Origin: Squalus acanthias
Lineage: Eukaryota
Reading direction: 5' to 3'
DNA: 64,000 bases
Assembly (NCBI GenBank): GCA_030390025.1
Contig: CM059427.1
Coordinates: 196,664,001 to 196,728,000 of the forward strand
The notes under the pieces were generated by a model. The model had not been told where the DNA came from and searched no databases. It was given only the letters and a program-made list of their open reading frames with translations. Positions 1 to 10,295 of this stretch are shown piece by piece (within the stretch, counting starts at the first letter, position 1; each line of letters opens with the position of its first letter). The position numbers and the translations under genes were made by a program.

Positions 1-230
1 TCAACTTAATGGTAAAACAATATGAACGCACCGAAGCACAAAATATTGAATAGCACAGGAGCTGGTCCAGGAATAGCGACTGGGAATTCAGATAGCAAAG
101 GAAATTGAAAGGACTGACTCTTAGGCATCTCCTAAATCCGATCTCCATGATCGATAGGCTTTCGGTGAACATTTGTACATCCAAATCAAACCCATGAGGT
201 GTTCTTTTCGCCCTCGAATAAGAACCTCAC

Positions 231-2681
231 CTCATTATTTACAGTGATCTTGTACTGCGCAGAGTTTGGTGTTCGTGGGGTATCTCCATCCCCCAGAATG
301 CCACTCGGGGCGTTATTCTTACGCGTAGACATACTGCACCTGTTGGAAAAGGTGAACTCTCTCTTGGTGGAATGTGAAGTTGAGCAGGTATCGTAGCGGA
401 AACTCTGAGAAAGAGGATCACCCCCAAATACTTCAACATAGTTGGGTGGTATCTGCAGGTTTCTACCGCCTCTTTGAATTCCATGCAGCGAGTTTCTTGC
501 TGTAAAACAGCCACACGTGTCTCGAGAAGAGCTTTTGTGAACCTTAATAGCGAGGATAATCAAAATCACCAGGAAAATGGACGAGATGACCCCTAAAGTT
601 ATGACCACGTAAAAGCTGGTTTCCGAAACGAACCCGGGGTCTTCAGACAAACTGCTCACATCGGAGAGCATTTGTTTATCGGTTCCCGCCACAGACAAGA
701 TGAATGTGGCTGTGGCTGTAAGTGGCGGCGATCCGTTGTCTTTAACACCGATTACCAACCTTTGCTTAGTGGCGTCATTATTCACAATACTGCGGATTGT
801 CCAGATTTCTCCCGTGTCTGGGGAAATAGTGAAGAGGCCAGCGTCAGTAGCTTGGAGAATCTGGTAGGTAAGCCGAGCATTCTGGCCAGTGTCGCCATCA
901 GTGGCAGAGACTTTGGCAACCAGGTAGCCTGGCTCTGCGAACCGGGATAACGTCTCTAACACCGTGGAGCCGAACTCGGGCAATGGGTGCACGATCACGG
1001 GGGCGTTGTCATTCTGATCCAGGATAATTACATCCACTGAAGCGTTGCCAGAAAGTGGTGCGACGCCAGAGTCCCGGGCCTGAACTTGGATCTGAAAGTT
1101 TTTGAGTTGCTCGTAGTCGAAAGTGCTCTGAGAAAATATGACCCCGCTGTGCGAGTTAATAGAGACGTAAGTGGACACGGACTTGCCCTGAATCAAAGTC
1201 TCTAAGATGAAGTAGGACAGGCGAGCGTTCTGACTTAAATCTGGATCGAAAGCAGTCACCGAGAATATGGACGCGCCGACAGCGTTGTTCTCCATCACGT
1301 AAGCTGTATAGAAAGGCTGCGTAAAGTGTGGCGAGTGGTCATTTATGTCTGAAACCTCCACCCGGATGGTTTTGTTGGATGTGAGAGGAGGGATTCCGCC
1401 ATCACTGCATACGATAGCGACGCTGTAGTTTGACACACGCTCGCGATCCAGTGCCTCCCGGGTAACGAGCCTGTAATAGTTATTTGAGGATGAATCTAGT
1501 TTAAAAGGAAGTTCATTTGGGATTTGACAATGCACGTGTCCGTTTCCCCCCGAGTCTTTGTCTGTTGAGCTGATCAGCGCCACCACCGTCCCGGGGAGGG
1601 AGTCTTCGCCGATAGGACTGAATAAAGATGTTAGTGTCACCTCAGGTGCGTTGTCATTCACATCAACGATGTCAACCACCACATGACAATACACAGGAGT
1701 TGCGTAGGGACCCTTGTCCTTTGCTTGTACATTAATCTCAAAAACACTGTTTTCTTCATAGTCCAAATTGTTCTTAATTCTGATTTCACCAGTTTTTGAG
1801 TCCAGCCCAAACAGTTCACGGACTCGATTCGAAGTATGACTGCTAAACGAATACACTACCTGCCCATTGAGACCAACATCCAAATCAGAGGCGTCTACTT
1901 TGATCACCAAGGTTCCTGTGGGTACATTCTCCCGCAAGCTGACCCTATAGACCGACTGGGGGAAAACAGGTGCGTTGTCGTTGGCGTCCTCCACTGCAAT
2001 CACTATTTGGGCAGTGCCAGATCGCTCAGGGATCCCTCCGTCCCTAGCAATTAACACTAACCTGTGGGTGTTTTCCTTTTCTCTGTCCAGAGGTCTTTCC
2101 AAGACCAAGACCGGCAGCTTTCCGTCCCCGCCGCGCGTCTCGACATCCAGGGCGAAATAGCCGTTGGCCAGTAGCTGGTAGCTTTGCACGGAGTTGCTTC
2201 CAACGTCCGGGTCGTGCGCGCACTCCAGAGCAAAGCGCGTTCCCGGGGCAGCCACCTCCGAGATCTCCAGACGGAACTGGCTCTCTGGGAAACTCGGAGC
2301 GTTGTCATTCACATCCAGAATCTCCACCTGACAATGGTACACATTCAAGGGATTTTCGATCACGGCTTCCAAGGACAATGTGCAAGTGAGGCTCGGCCCA
2401 CAGAACCGTTCTCTGTCCATTTTTTCCTTCAAAAACAGAATCCCACTGTCTAAATTTACGTCCATATACTGCTTACTGGGACCAGACACAATCTGAAAGC
2501 CGCGAGCCGAGAGCTCTTTTATATTCAAGCCCAAATCCTCTGCGATATTCCCAACAAAGGCACCCACATTCAATTCTTCAGGAATCGAGTATCGTATCTG
2601 TCCAGAAACTGGTTCCCAGGAAGAGATGATACAATATAAAAGTTGCCATTTCAATAACCAATATATTTTACAATACTCCAT
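231..2681 (-). CDS. Clustered protocadherin variable exon 1 (SP-EC1-6-TM-variable cytoplasmic part; Pcdh gamma/PCDH10-like)
   Basis: ORF with [11 protein letters not shown]1 CX5C (CGPSLTC), repeated DxNDNAP/LDRE/LDYE/AxDxG Ca-binding motifs and a TM helix. First ATG at 2681 (the ORF track starts at GTG). Donor AATGAG|GTGAGG at 231/230; the read-through frame stops at 186. Confidence 0.95.
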
Positions 2682-2899
2682 TTCCAGCACAAAGCATTTC
2701 AAGAGATTGAGCACAACGCGGCGTCGTTGAATAATTCCTGGGAAAAAGAGTCCATTATGTTTCCATTTTAACTAAAACGGTTAGATTGTCTAAAAAAACA
2801 AACGCACTTTTAAAAAATCTGCGTAATTATTTCTGACAAACCTTCTTATTTCTTCTAAAATCGCCAATGGCTGAACGTAGAGAAGCTAATGTAGCGACA

Positions 2900-3110
2900 C
2901 GCAGCTCGACCCAATGTTACCCGGTATCTGGTCGTATATAATGGCGGAAGGGGAGGGTAAGGCAGTAAGGATCTCCAGTCGCATTACAGCTTCTCATTGG
3001 TGAAAAAAGGCTGACTTTCATTCAGCCAATCACTGCACTGAGCATTTCTTAAAGCTGGACTGCGTTCCTAAACCTTTGCGCAACATTTACATTTATTGTT
3101 GTGCAATGTA
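2900..3110 (-). promoter_or_regulatory. Promoter of variable exon 1
   Basis: Block conserved among all paralogs: GGG-rich box, GATCTCCAGTC, ATTGG-N25-CCAAT (2996-3030), CATTTCTTAAAGCT, ACATTTATTGTTGTGCAA. Confidence 0.75.
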
Positions 3111-3910
3111 AAATGTAACCGGCCCTTTCTTTCACTATGTTGGAGTTGCCTTCACTCTGTTACAACTAATGATTACATTTTGAAGTAGATTTGAGACTTC
3201 ACTGACACTTTATCAGAACACTGATCAAACGATACACTACACTGAAAGCGACATTGCTGACCCATTGGTTTGATTCACAAAGCTCAGGCTTTCTGATTCA
3301 TTTCTCCATTAAACATGTCTAATTCACTTGCACATTACCTGTAATTATATTCGGCAATGCTACATGATGTGGCTATCTGATGGCTAAAATACAATCGAGA
3401 GAAAGATAGGAAGTGTGAATTTTAATGAACTCTCTCTGAAAAAAAGAACCCATTTCCACGTGTCGCCCCCCATCGAGTTGCAACGGGGTCTTTGCAACCG
3501 TGCTAGTACCCCACATTATGGACCTTGGATTCTCAACTGAAAAATGGGAACAGGAATGAAAAAATGCTGTTAAAGACAATTACCGAGGCAATTGCAATCT
3601 TACATATTTAGTCCTATAACCTACAGATGTTTTAGCTGCAATAGTGATGCACCTAAACGAGTTTATGGTCCACTGTGTTGTAATGGGGGCGGGGGGGGGG
3701 GGGGAGGGGGTGCAGTACAGTGGCAGCTGCAACTGCTATTTAACTGTTAACGAATGTTAAAGTGACTATTTGACACCACACGTCTGGCTGGTCTGTAAAT
3801 GATGATAAAGTGTTGCACAGTAAGTAAAACAAGAGTTCTAACTCCCTGATACCATTCTATCTGCATTTGTTCGATTAAGATTGACTTGTCTTTCCAGTCA
3901 GGCGCCTCAC

Positions 3911-6376
3911 CTCACTATGTACAGAATTCTCAGAATTTGAGAATGATGCTTTTCCTCCGTTTGCAATGCTTTCACTCTTGACTTGATTCTTCCCTGTCGA
4001 CGAACTGCACGTGTTGGGGAACAAGAAGTCTCCCTTTATCGAACGTGACGTTGAACATGTCTCATAGCGGAAACTTTGGGAAAGCGGATCGCCTCCAAAT
4101 ACTTCAACATAGTTGGGAGGGATCTGAAGGTTCCGGCTGGCTTTCTGAATTCCATTCAGCGAATGCCTTGATTCAAAGCAGCAACACGGACCCAAAGCAC
4201 AGTTGCGGCCACCAAAGGCATTTCTGTTTTTATGAACTTTAACAGCTAGAATGATTAAAACCACCAGAAAAATGGACGAGATTATTCCTAAAGATATGAC
4301 TAAGTAAAGGCTTGTATCAGAAGCGAAGTCAGAGTTTTCCGACAAACTGCTTTTGTCGGACAGCATTTCTGCATCGCCCTCTATTACTGACAATGTGATA
4401 GTCATTGTAGCAGAAAGTGCTGGTGCTCCATGGTCATTTACCAGGATGACCAACCTCTGCTTGGTTGCATCTGTCTTTGCAATACCACGGGTTGTCCATA
4501 TTTCGCCCGTGTCCAGTGAAATGGTAAAAAGTCCCGAGTTAGTAGCATGGAGGATCCGGTAGGAGAGGCGAGCATTTTGTCCAGAGTCGGCATCAGTGGC
4601 CGTCACCTTGGCCACCAGATACCCTGGTTCCGCGAATCGCGATACCGTCTCTGTCGTTGTTGACCCATGCTCGATTAATGGATACACAATCACTGGGGCA
4701 TTATCATTCTGGTCAAGGATAATGATGTCCACGGCAACGTTGCTAGCGAGTGGTGGGACTCCAAGGTCATGTGCCTGAACTTGGATCCGAAAGTTTTTTA
4801 ATTGTTCATAGTCAAAAGATCTATAGGAATATATAATGCCATTCTCTGAATTAATATAGATGTAATTGCTTACTGATTCACCCTGAACCCGACTGTCCAG
4901 GATGGCATAGGATAGCCGAGCATTCTCGTCAATGTCCGCATCAACTGCTGTCACTGAGAAAATGGAGGCACCAATATTATTGTTCTCCATCACGTATGCT
5001 GTAAGGACCGGTTGCGGAAATTGTGGTGCGTTGTCATTTCTGTCTGAAACCTCAACCGGGATGGTTTTGTTGGCTGTGAGAGGCGGGGTTCCTCCATCAC
5101 TGCAGGTGACAGTAATGTCATATGTGGAGGCGTGTTCGCGGTCCAGCAGGTCCTGCGTGAGCAATCGTAAGTACTTCTTCGAGGACGAATCCAGCGTGAA
5201 AGGAAGATTATGTCCGATTTGACATTGCAGCTGCCCATTTTCACCGGAATCTCTGTCTGACGCACTGATCAGAGCCACGACAGTCCCAGGCAGCGAGTCT
5301 TCAGGCACTGGGCTAGATAACGAAGTCAGTGTCACCTCAGGCGCATTATCATTTTCATCAATAATGTTCAATAAAACGTGGCAGTACACTGGGTTGGCGT
5401 TAAGCCCCTTGTCCTTTGCTTGTATAATAATCTCAAAAACACTGTTATCCTCATAGTCCAAATTCGCTTTAACTCTTATTTCACCACTTTTGGAATCCAA
5501 ACTAAACAGTTCACGGACTCTCGCAGATGTATGGCTACTGAAAGAGTACGCGATCTCTCCATTCGGACCATCATCCAAATCAGTGGCATTTACCTGCAGT
5601 ACCACGGTCCCTTTGGTCACGTTTTCGGGTAGGTCGATCCTGTAAACCGATTGAGGGAAAACCGGCGCGTTGTCGTTGGCATCTTCCAGTACGATGTTGA
5701 TCTGAGCAGTGCCAGACCTTTCGGGGACCCCGCCGTCTTTGGCCAATAACAGTAATCGGTGGGTCGATTGCTTCTCTCTGTCCAGAGGCTTTTCCAGCAC
5801 TAACACTGGCAACTTCCCATCTCCAATACCCGCCTCAACATTAAGCACGAAGTATTCATTTGCAACCAGCTGGTAGGTTTGCACGGAGTTGGTTCCAACG
5901 TCCGGATCGTGCGCGCACTCGAGGGCGAAGCGGGCTCCCGGCGCAGCAACCTCGGAGATTTCAAGGCGGAACTGGCTCTTTGGAAAACTGGGTGCGTTGT
6001 CATTTATATCCAGAATATCCACTTCGATTTGATAGAGGTTAAGAGGATTTTCAAGCACGGCCTCCAAAGACAAGACGCAAGTGAGGCTCAGCCCACAGAG
6101 CACTTCTCGGTCAATTTTTTCCTTTACAAACAGAATCCCATTGTCGAAATTTACTTCCAAATACTGCTTTTTTGGACCTGACACAAGCCGAAAATTCCGA
6201 CCCGAAAGCTGCTTTACATCTAATCCCAAATCGTCCGCAATGTTCCCAATAAAGGCGCCCAGTTGCAATTCTTCAGGAATCGAATAACGAATCTCTCCTG
6301 AAACTAGTTCCCAGGAGATAAACATGCAATATAGCAGTTCCCATTTTAAAAAACAAAATATGTTATAACATCTCAT
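3911..6376 (-). CDS. Clustered protocadherin variable exon 2
   Basis: Six cadherin repeats plus TM; ATG 6376; donor GAG|GTGAGG at 3911/3910; read-through stop at 3875. Confidence 0.95.
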
Positions 6377-6579
6377 TGCCAGTGTTAAACATTCCAAATG
6401 CTTCAGCGCGGCTCCGTGGCGTTCGGTTTAACCTTAGATTAAAATTATTTACGCCTAATTCCTTCACCAGAAAGGCTGCAGTGTAGAAAAATACCTTTGC
6501 TTTTTAAGAAATCGTCAGAAAAGTCTCCATTTTGCGGCTAAAATCCCCAATAGATGCAACCGCGAAAGCTGCTGCTACC

Positions 6580-6780
6580 CTACGTAGCTCGCTATCCAAT
6601 TGCACATTGTTTCGGGTCCTTTGTGATGGTGGATGGGAAGGGAAGGGGCAGTCAGGATCTCCAGTCACATACTAGCTTCTGATTGGCCAACCCATATTCA
6701 GCCAATCAGAATACTGTTCATTTCTTAAAGCTAGCATGTCCTGCTAAAGCGTTATTATTTACATTTATTGTTGTGCAACC
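6580..6780 (-). promoter_or_regulatory. Promoter of variable exon 2
   Basis: GCTCGCTATCCAA, GAAGGGGCAG, ATTGG-N15-CCAAT (6682-6706), ATTTATTGTTGTGCAA. Confidence 0.75.
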
Positions 6781-6984
6781 AAAAATGTAAAGAACTTTTT
6801 TTTTATGTTTTGGATTTTTTTTTCTCTCTACAAAACTATTTTTATAGAGTTGTTTTCCAATGATATCTTAAAAGTCACCCTGTTCATAGACTGAGGTAAG
6901 AAACACATTTTCTAAGGTACTTAATTTCTGAGACACCGAGGGCACTCTCTGATGTTATTGTTCGTTAAATAGATTTAATTGACA

Positions 6985-7370
6985 AAAATCTTGGCTGACA
7001 CTCCAGTGCAGTACTGAAGGAGTGCTGCACAGTTGGAGGTGCCATCTTTCAGATGAGACGTTAAACCGAGGCCCCGTCTGCTCTCTCAGGTGGATGTAAA
7101 AGATCCTGTGGCACTATTTTGAAGAAGAGCAGGTGAGTTATCCCTGGTGTTCTAGGCCAATATTTATCGCTCAATCAACATCACAAAAAAAAAACAGATT
7201 ATCTGGTCATTATCACATTGCTGTTTGTGGGAGTTTGCTGTGAATTGGCTGCTGCGTATTCTACATTACAACAGTGACTACACTTCAAAAAGTACTTCAT
7301 TGGCTGTAAAGCACTTTGGGACTCTGGTGGTCGTGAAAGACGGTATATAAATGCAAGTCTTTCTTTTTTT
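6985..7370 (+). mobile_element. 5'-truncated Deu-domain SINE (SacSINE1/AmnSINE1-like)
   Basis: Deu-core-like GCCATCTTTCAGATGAGACGTTAAACCGAGG...AAAGATCCTGTGGCACT; tail ends TATATAAATGCAAGTCTTTCTTT; paralogous to 8308-8780. Confidence 0.75.
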
Positions 7371-7411
7371 ATCTTATCTTTGCTAATCTGTAGGCTTATG
7401 ACAAGATAGTA

Positions 7412-7487
7412 ATAAGAACATAAGAAATAGGAGGAGGAGTAGGCCATTCGACCGTTTGAGCTAGCTAGCTCCGCCATTTAATAAGAT
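7412..7487 (-). mobile_element. CR1 LINE 3'-terminal fragment
   Basis: TAAGAACATAAGAAATAGGAG..GAGTAGGCCATTCG matches the 3' end of the CR1 at 60236. Confidence 0.65.
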
Positions 7488-7697
7488 ACACATTTGAGAT
7501 TCTGGAGGGAAAGAACACATCACTGGGTTAGCACTAACTTTTTTTTAACCTTTGAGACATGGATCTGAGTCCTGTCTAGACTGATAGCATATGGATCCCT
7601 CACTGTTTGGGAACGACATGCAATACGTTTAAGCAGAGTGAACCCAGTTCCTAATAGGTGCACCAATGGAGCTAAGGCTCATGCAACTTGGCAGAAA

Positions 7698-7962
7698 AAT
7701 CACAGAAACGTACAGCACAGAAGGAAGTCATTTGGCCCATCATGCCTGTGCTGCCTATTTGAAAGAGCTATCCAATTAGTCCCACTCCCCTGCTCTTTCC
7801 CCACAGCCCTGCAGATGATTCCTTTTCAAGTATATTTCCAATTCTCCTTTGAAATTCACTATCAAAACTGCTTCCACCACCCTTTCACGCCGTGCATTCC
7901 AGATCATAACAACTTGCTGCATAAAAAAACTCTTCATCTTTCCCCTGGTTCTTTTTCCCAAC
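7698..7962 (-). mobile_element. CR1 LINE 3' fragment (ORF2 C-terminus)
   Basis: Translation FFMQQVVMIWNARRERVVEA...FKGELEIYL resembles the CR1 ORF2 end (FFTQRVV.IWN.LP..VVEA). Confidence 0.75.
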
Positions 7963-8307
7963 TGTAGCTGTAGTGTACAGGTGGCTGTGCAATACCTAAT
8001 GTAAGAGTACTTGATACTAACACTGGATTGTTTAAATGCAATGTTGATCTAATCCCTAGCACTCAAGGCACTCAGAGGAACATAAGACATTTTAGGAACA
8101 TAAAATGGCTACTTAACATAACAGGGTTGTTCATCTTCATATGTCAACACCACCTACCACTTTGTCACTATATATTTCAAACTCTTCTCTTTATGCACTG
8201 TATTGCCTCTTGAGTCTATTCATGCATCTACTTTATTGTCCATCCACGCGGTAGTACACCCACAATTCCTCTACCATTTGCCTGACTTTCTTTCTGACTT
8301 TCAACAA

Positions 8308-8780
8308 GTGTCAGCTGTGGCTCAGTTGGTAGCACTCTCGCCTCTGAGCCAGAAGATGGTGTCTTCATAGTCCCACTCCAGAGGCCTGAGCACAAAAATA
8401 TAGGCTGACACTCCAGCAGAGTACTAGAGGGAGTGCTGCACTGCCAGAGGTGCTGTCTTTCGGATGAAATGTTAAACCAAGGCCCTGTCTTTTCTTTCAG
8501 GTGGACTTAAAAGACCTCATGGCAGTATTTTGAAGAAGAGTAGGGGGGTTATCCCCAGTGTCCTGGCCAATATTTATCCCTCAATCAACATCACTAAAAA
8601 ATATAGATTGTCTGGTCAATATCACATTGCTATTTGTGGGAGCTTGCTGTGCGAAAATTGGCTGCCACATTTCCTTCATTACAACAGCTTCAAAAAGTAC
8701 TTCGTTTGCTGTAAAGCGCTTTGGGACATCCGGTGGCCGTGAAAGGCGCTATATAAATGTAAGTCTGTCTTTCTTTTCTT
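8308..8780 (+). mobile_element. Near full-length tRNA-derived Deu-domain SINE (SacSINE1-like)
   Basis: A box TGGCTCAGTTGG, degenerate B box, Deu core GGTGCTGTCTTTCGGATGAAATGTTAAACC, tail GCGCTATATAAATG..TCTTTCTTT. Confidence 0.8.
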
Positions 8781-8789
8781 TTAACGTTA

Positions 8790-9400
8790 AATTTTTAACA
8801 TGAGTGTCCTGGTTTTTGAAGCTATCTTCATAATAAACAATTTACCTAGATTATGTTTGTCAAGTTCCTTCACAACCTCGAAAACTTCAGTTTGGTCACC
8901 TCAAAATCCTTTTATTTCCAAAAGTAACGCGCTTAAATTTATTAGCCTTTCTTTATAACTTCAACTCCCATTGCCCCAAATCTTCTCGTTTGATGACTCT
9001 GCACTGTTCTAAAGGCAATAGTATCCTTCCTATGATCAGGTGCCCACAACTACACATGACATTCCAGATAGAATATAGCCAATACCCTTTATGCACAATA
9101 TTTTCCTTTCTATGACTATCCAACCCAACACGTTTTTGCATGGTTAAACTGAAGCTAAACACCAGACTGTCCGGTTATAGATTTATTCACCATTACACCG
9201 AGATATTTTTTTCTGATCAGCACATTGTTCCACAGTTTCAGTCAGCACGCACTCCTTTCGTCTTCTTTCTCCTATTACAATTATTTTACACTTATTAACA
9301 TTGAACTGCACCTGCCACCTGTAGCTCCAGTTACTAAAAATATATTTTAATCCTTCTGAATACATGCTATAATGCTGTTTGTTATTTGCCTTGTCTTCTA
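8790..9400 (-). mobile_element. Old degenerate CR1/L2 reverse-transcriptase fragment
   Basis: Translated remnant WSYRWQVQFNVNKCKII resembles CR1 WA..WQM.FNV.KC.V. Confidence 0.55.
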
Positions 9401-9403
9401 TTT

Positions 9404-9779
9404 NNNNNNNNNNNNNNNNNNNNNNNNNNNNNNNNNNNNNNNNNNNNNNNNNNNNNNNNNNNNNNNNNNNNNNNNNNNNNNNNNNNNNNNNNNNNNNNNN
9501 NNNNNNNNNNNNNNNNNNNNNNNNNNNNNNNNNNNNNNNNNNNNNNNNNNNNNNNNNNNNNNNNNNNNNNNNNNNNNNNNNNNNNNNNNNNNNNNNNNNN
9601 NNNNNNNNNNNNNNNNNNNNNNNNNNNNNNNNNNNNNNNNNNNNNNNNNNNNNNNNNNNNNNNNNNNNNNNNNNNNNNNNNNNNNNNNNNNNNNNNNNNN
9701 NNNNNNNNNNNNNNNNNNNNNNNNNNNNNNNNNNNNNNNNNNNNNNNNNNNNNNNNNNNNNNNNNNNNNNNNNNNNNNN
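9404..9779. other. Assembly gap (376 N)
   Basis: Run of N. Confidence 1.
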
Positions 9780-10295
9780 AACACGCCTTCACCAAAACGA
9801 ATTTAAACTAATCAAAACTAAACAGCATTCCTTAATATAGCACATATTATCAAGCTGTGAATTGTTTTTGGATACATCAAATATAGATCAGTAATATTTT
9901 GATATCACGTTTAATTCTGACCAGTAAGTAGCCGCTGGTTGGACATCTACCCTCTGTCTGATAGCAGTGCAACTTTATCTTACATGTACAACGAATTGAT
10001 GTCAAGTACAATGCACAGTGACCAATTCATGGGAGCTATAACGGTGGGGCAAAGCACGTAAAGAGCCACAAATATTTCACCTTACGGAAGCTTTCTGACG
10101 GATGCCACACAAAATATGGAGTTTGCTCTCCACATTACGATTAGAAACCAGAAGAGCAAAGTGAGATTTAAGAAGCTTACTTATCTATTGCAACTCAGCG
10201 CTACCACAGAAACAGACAGTACACTTCGATGAAGTTTACCGTAGATATTTGTGGACTCAGATATAACCGATCAAGTTATATTACAACTGTCTCAC

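Noticed and set aside
3684-3712. Poly-G tracts (also 29707-29760), potential G-quadruplex
   Set aside because: Single-copy homopolymers, not conserved among paralogs, and error-prone in sequencing
8308-8380. tRNA-like sequence
   Set aside because: It is the head of a SINE, with a degenerate B box and no full cloverleaf
9372-9840. ORFs made of X residues
   Set aside because: Artefacts of the N gap
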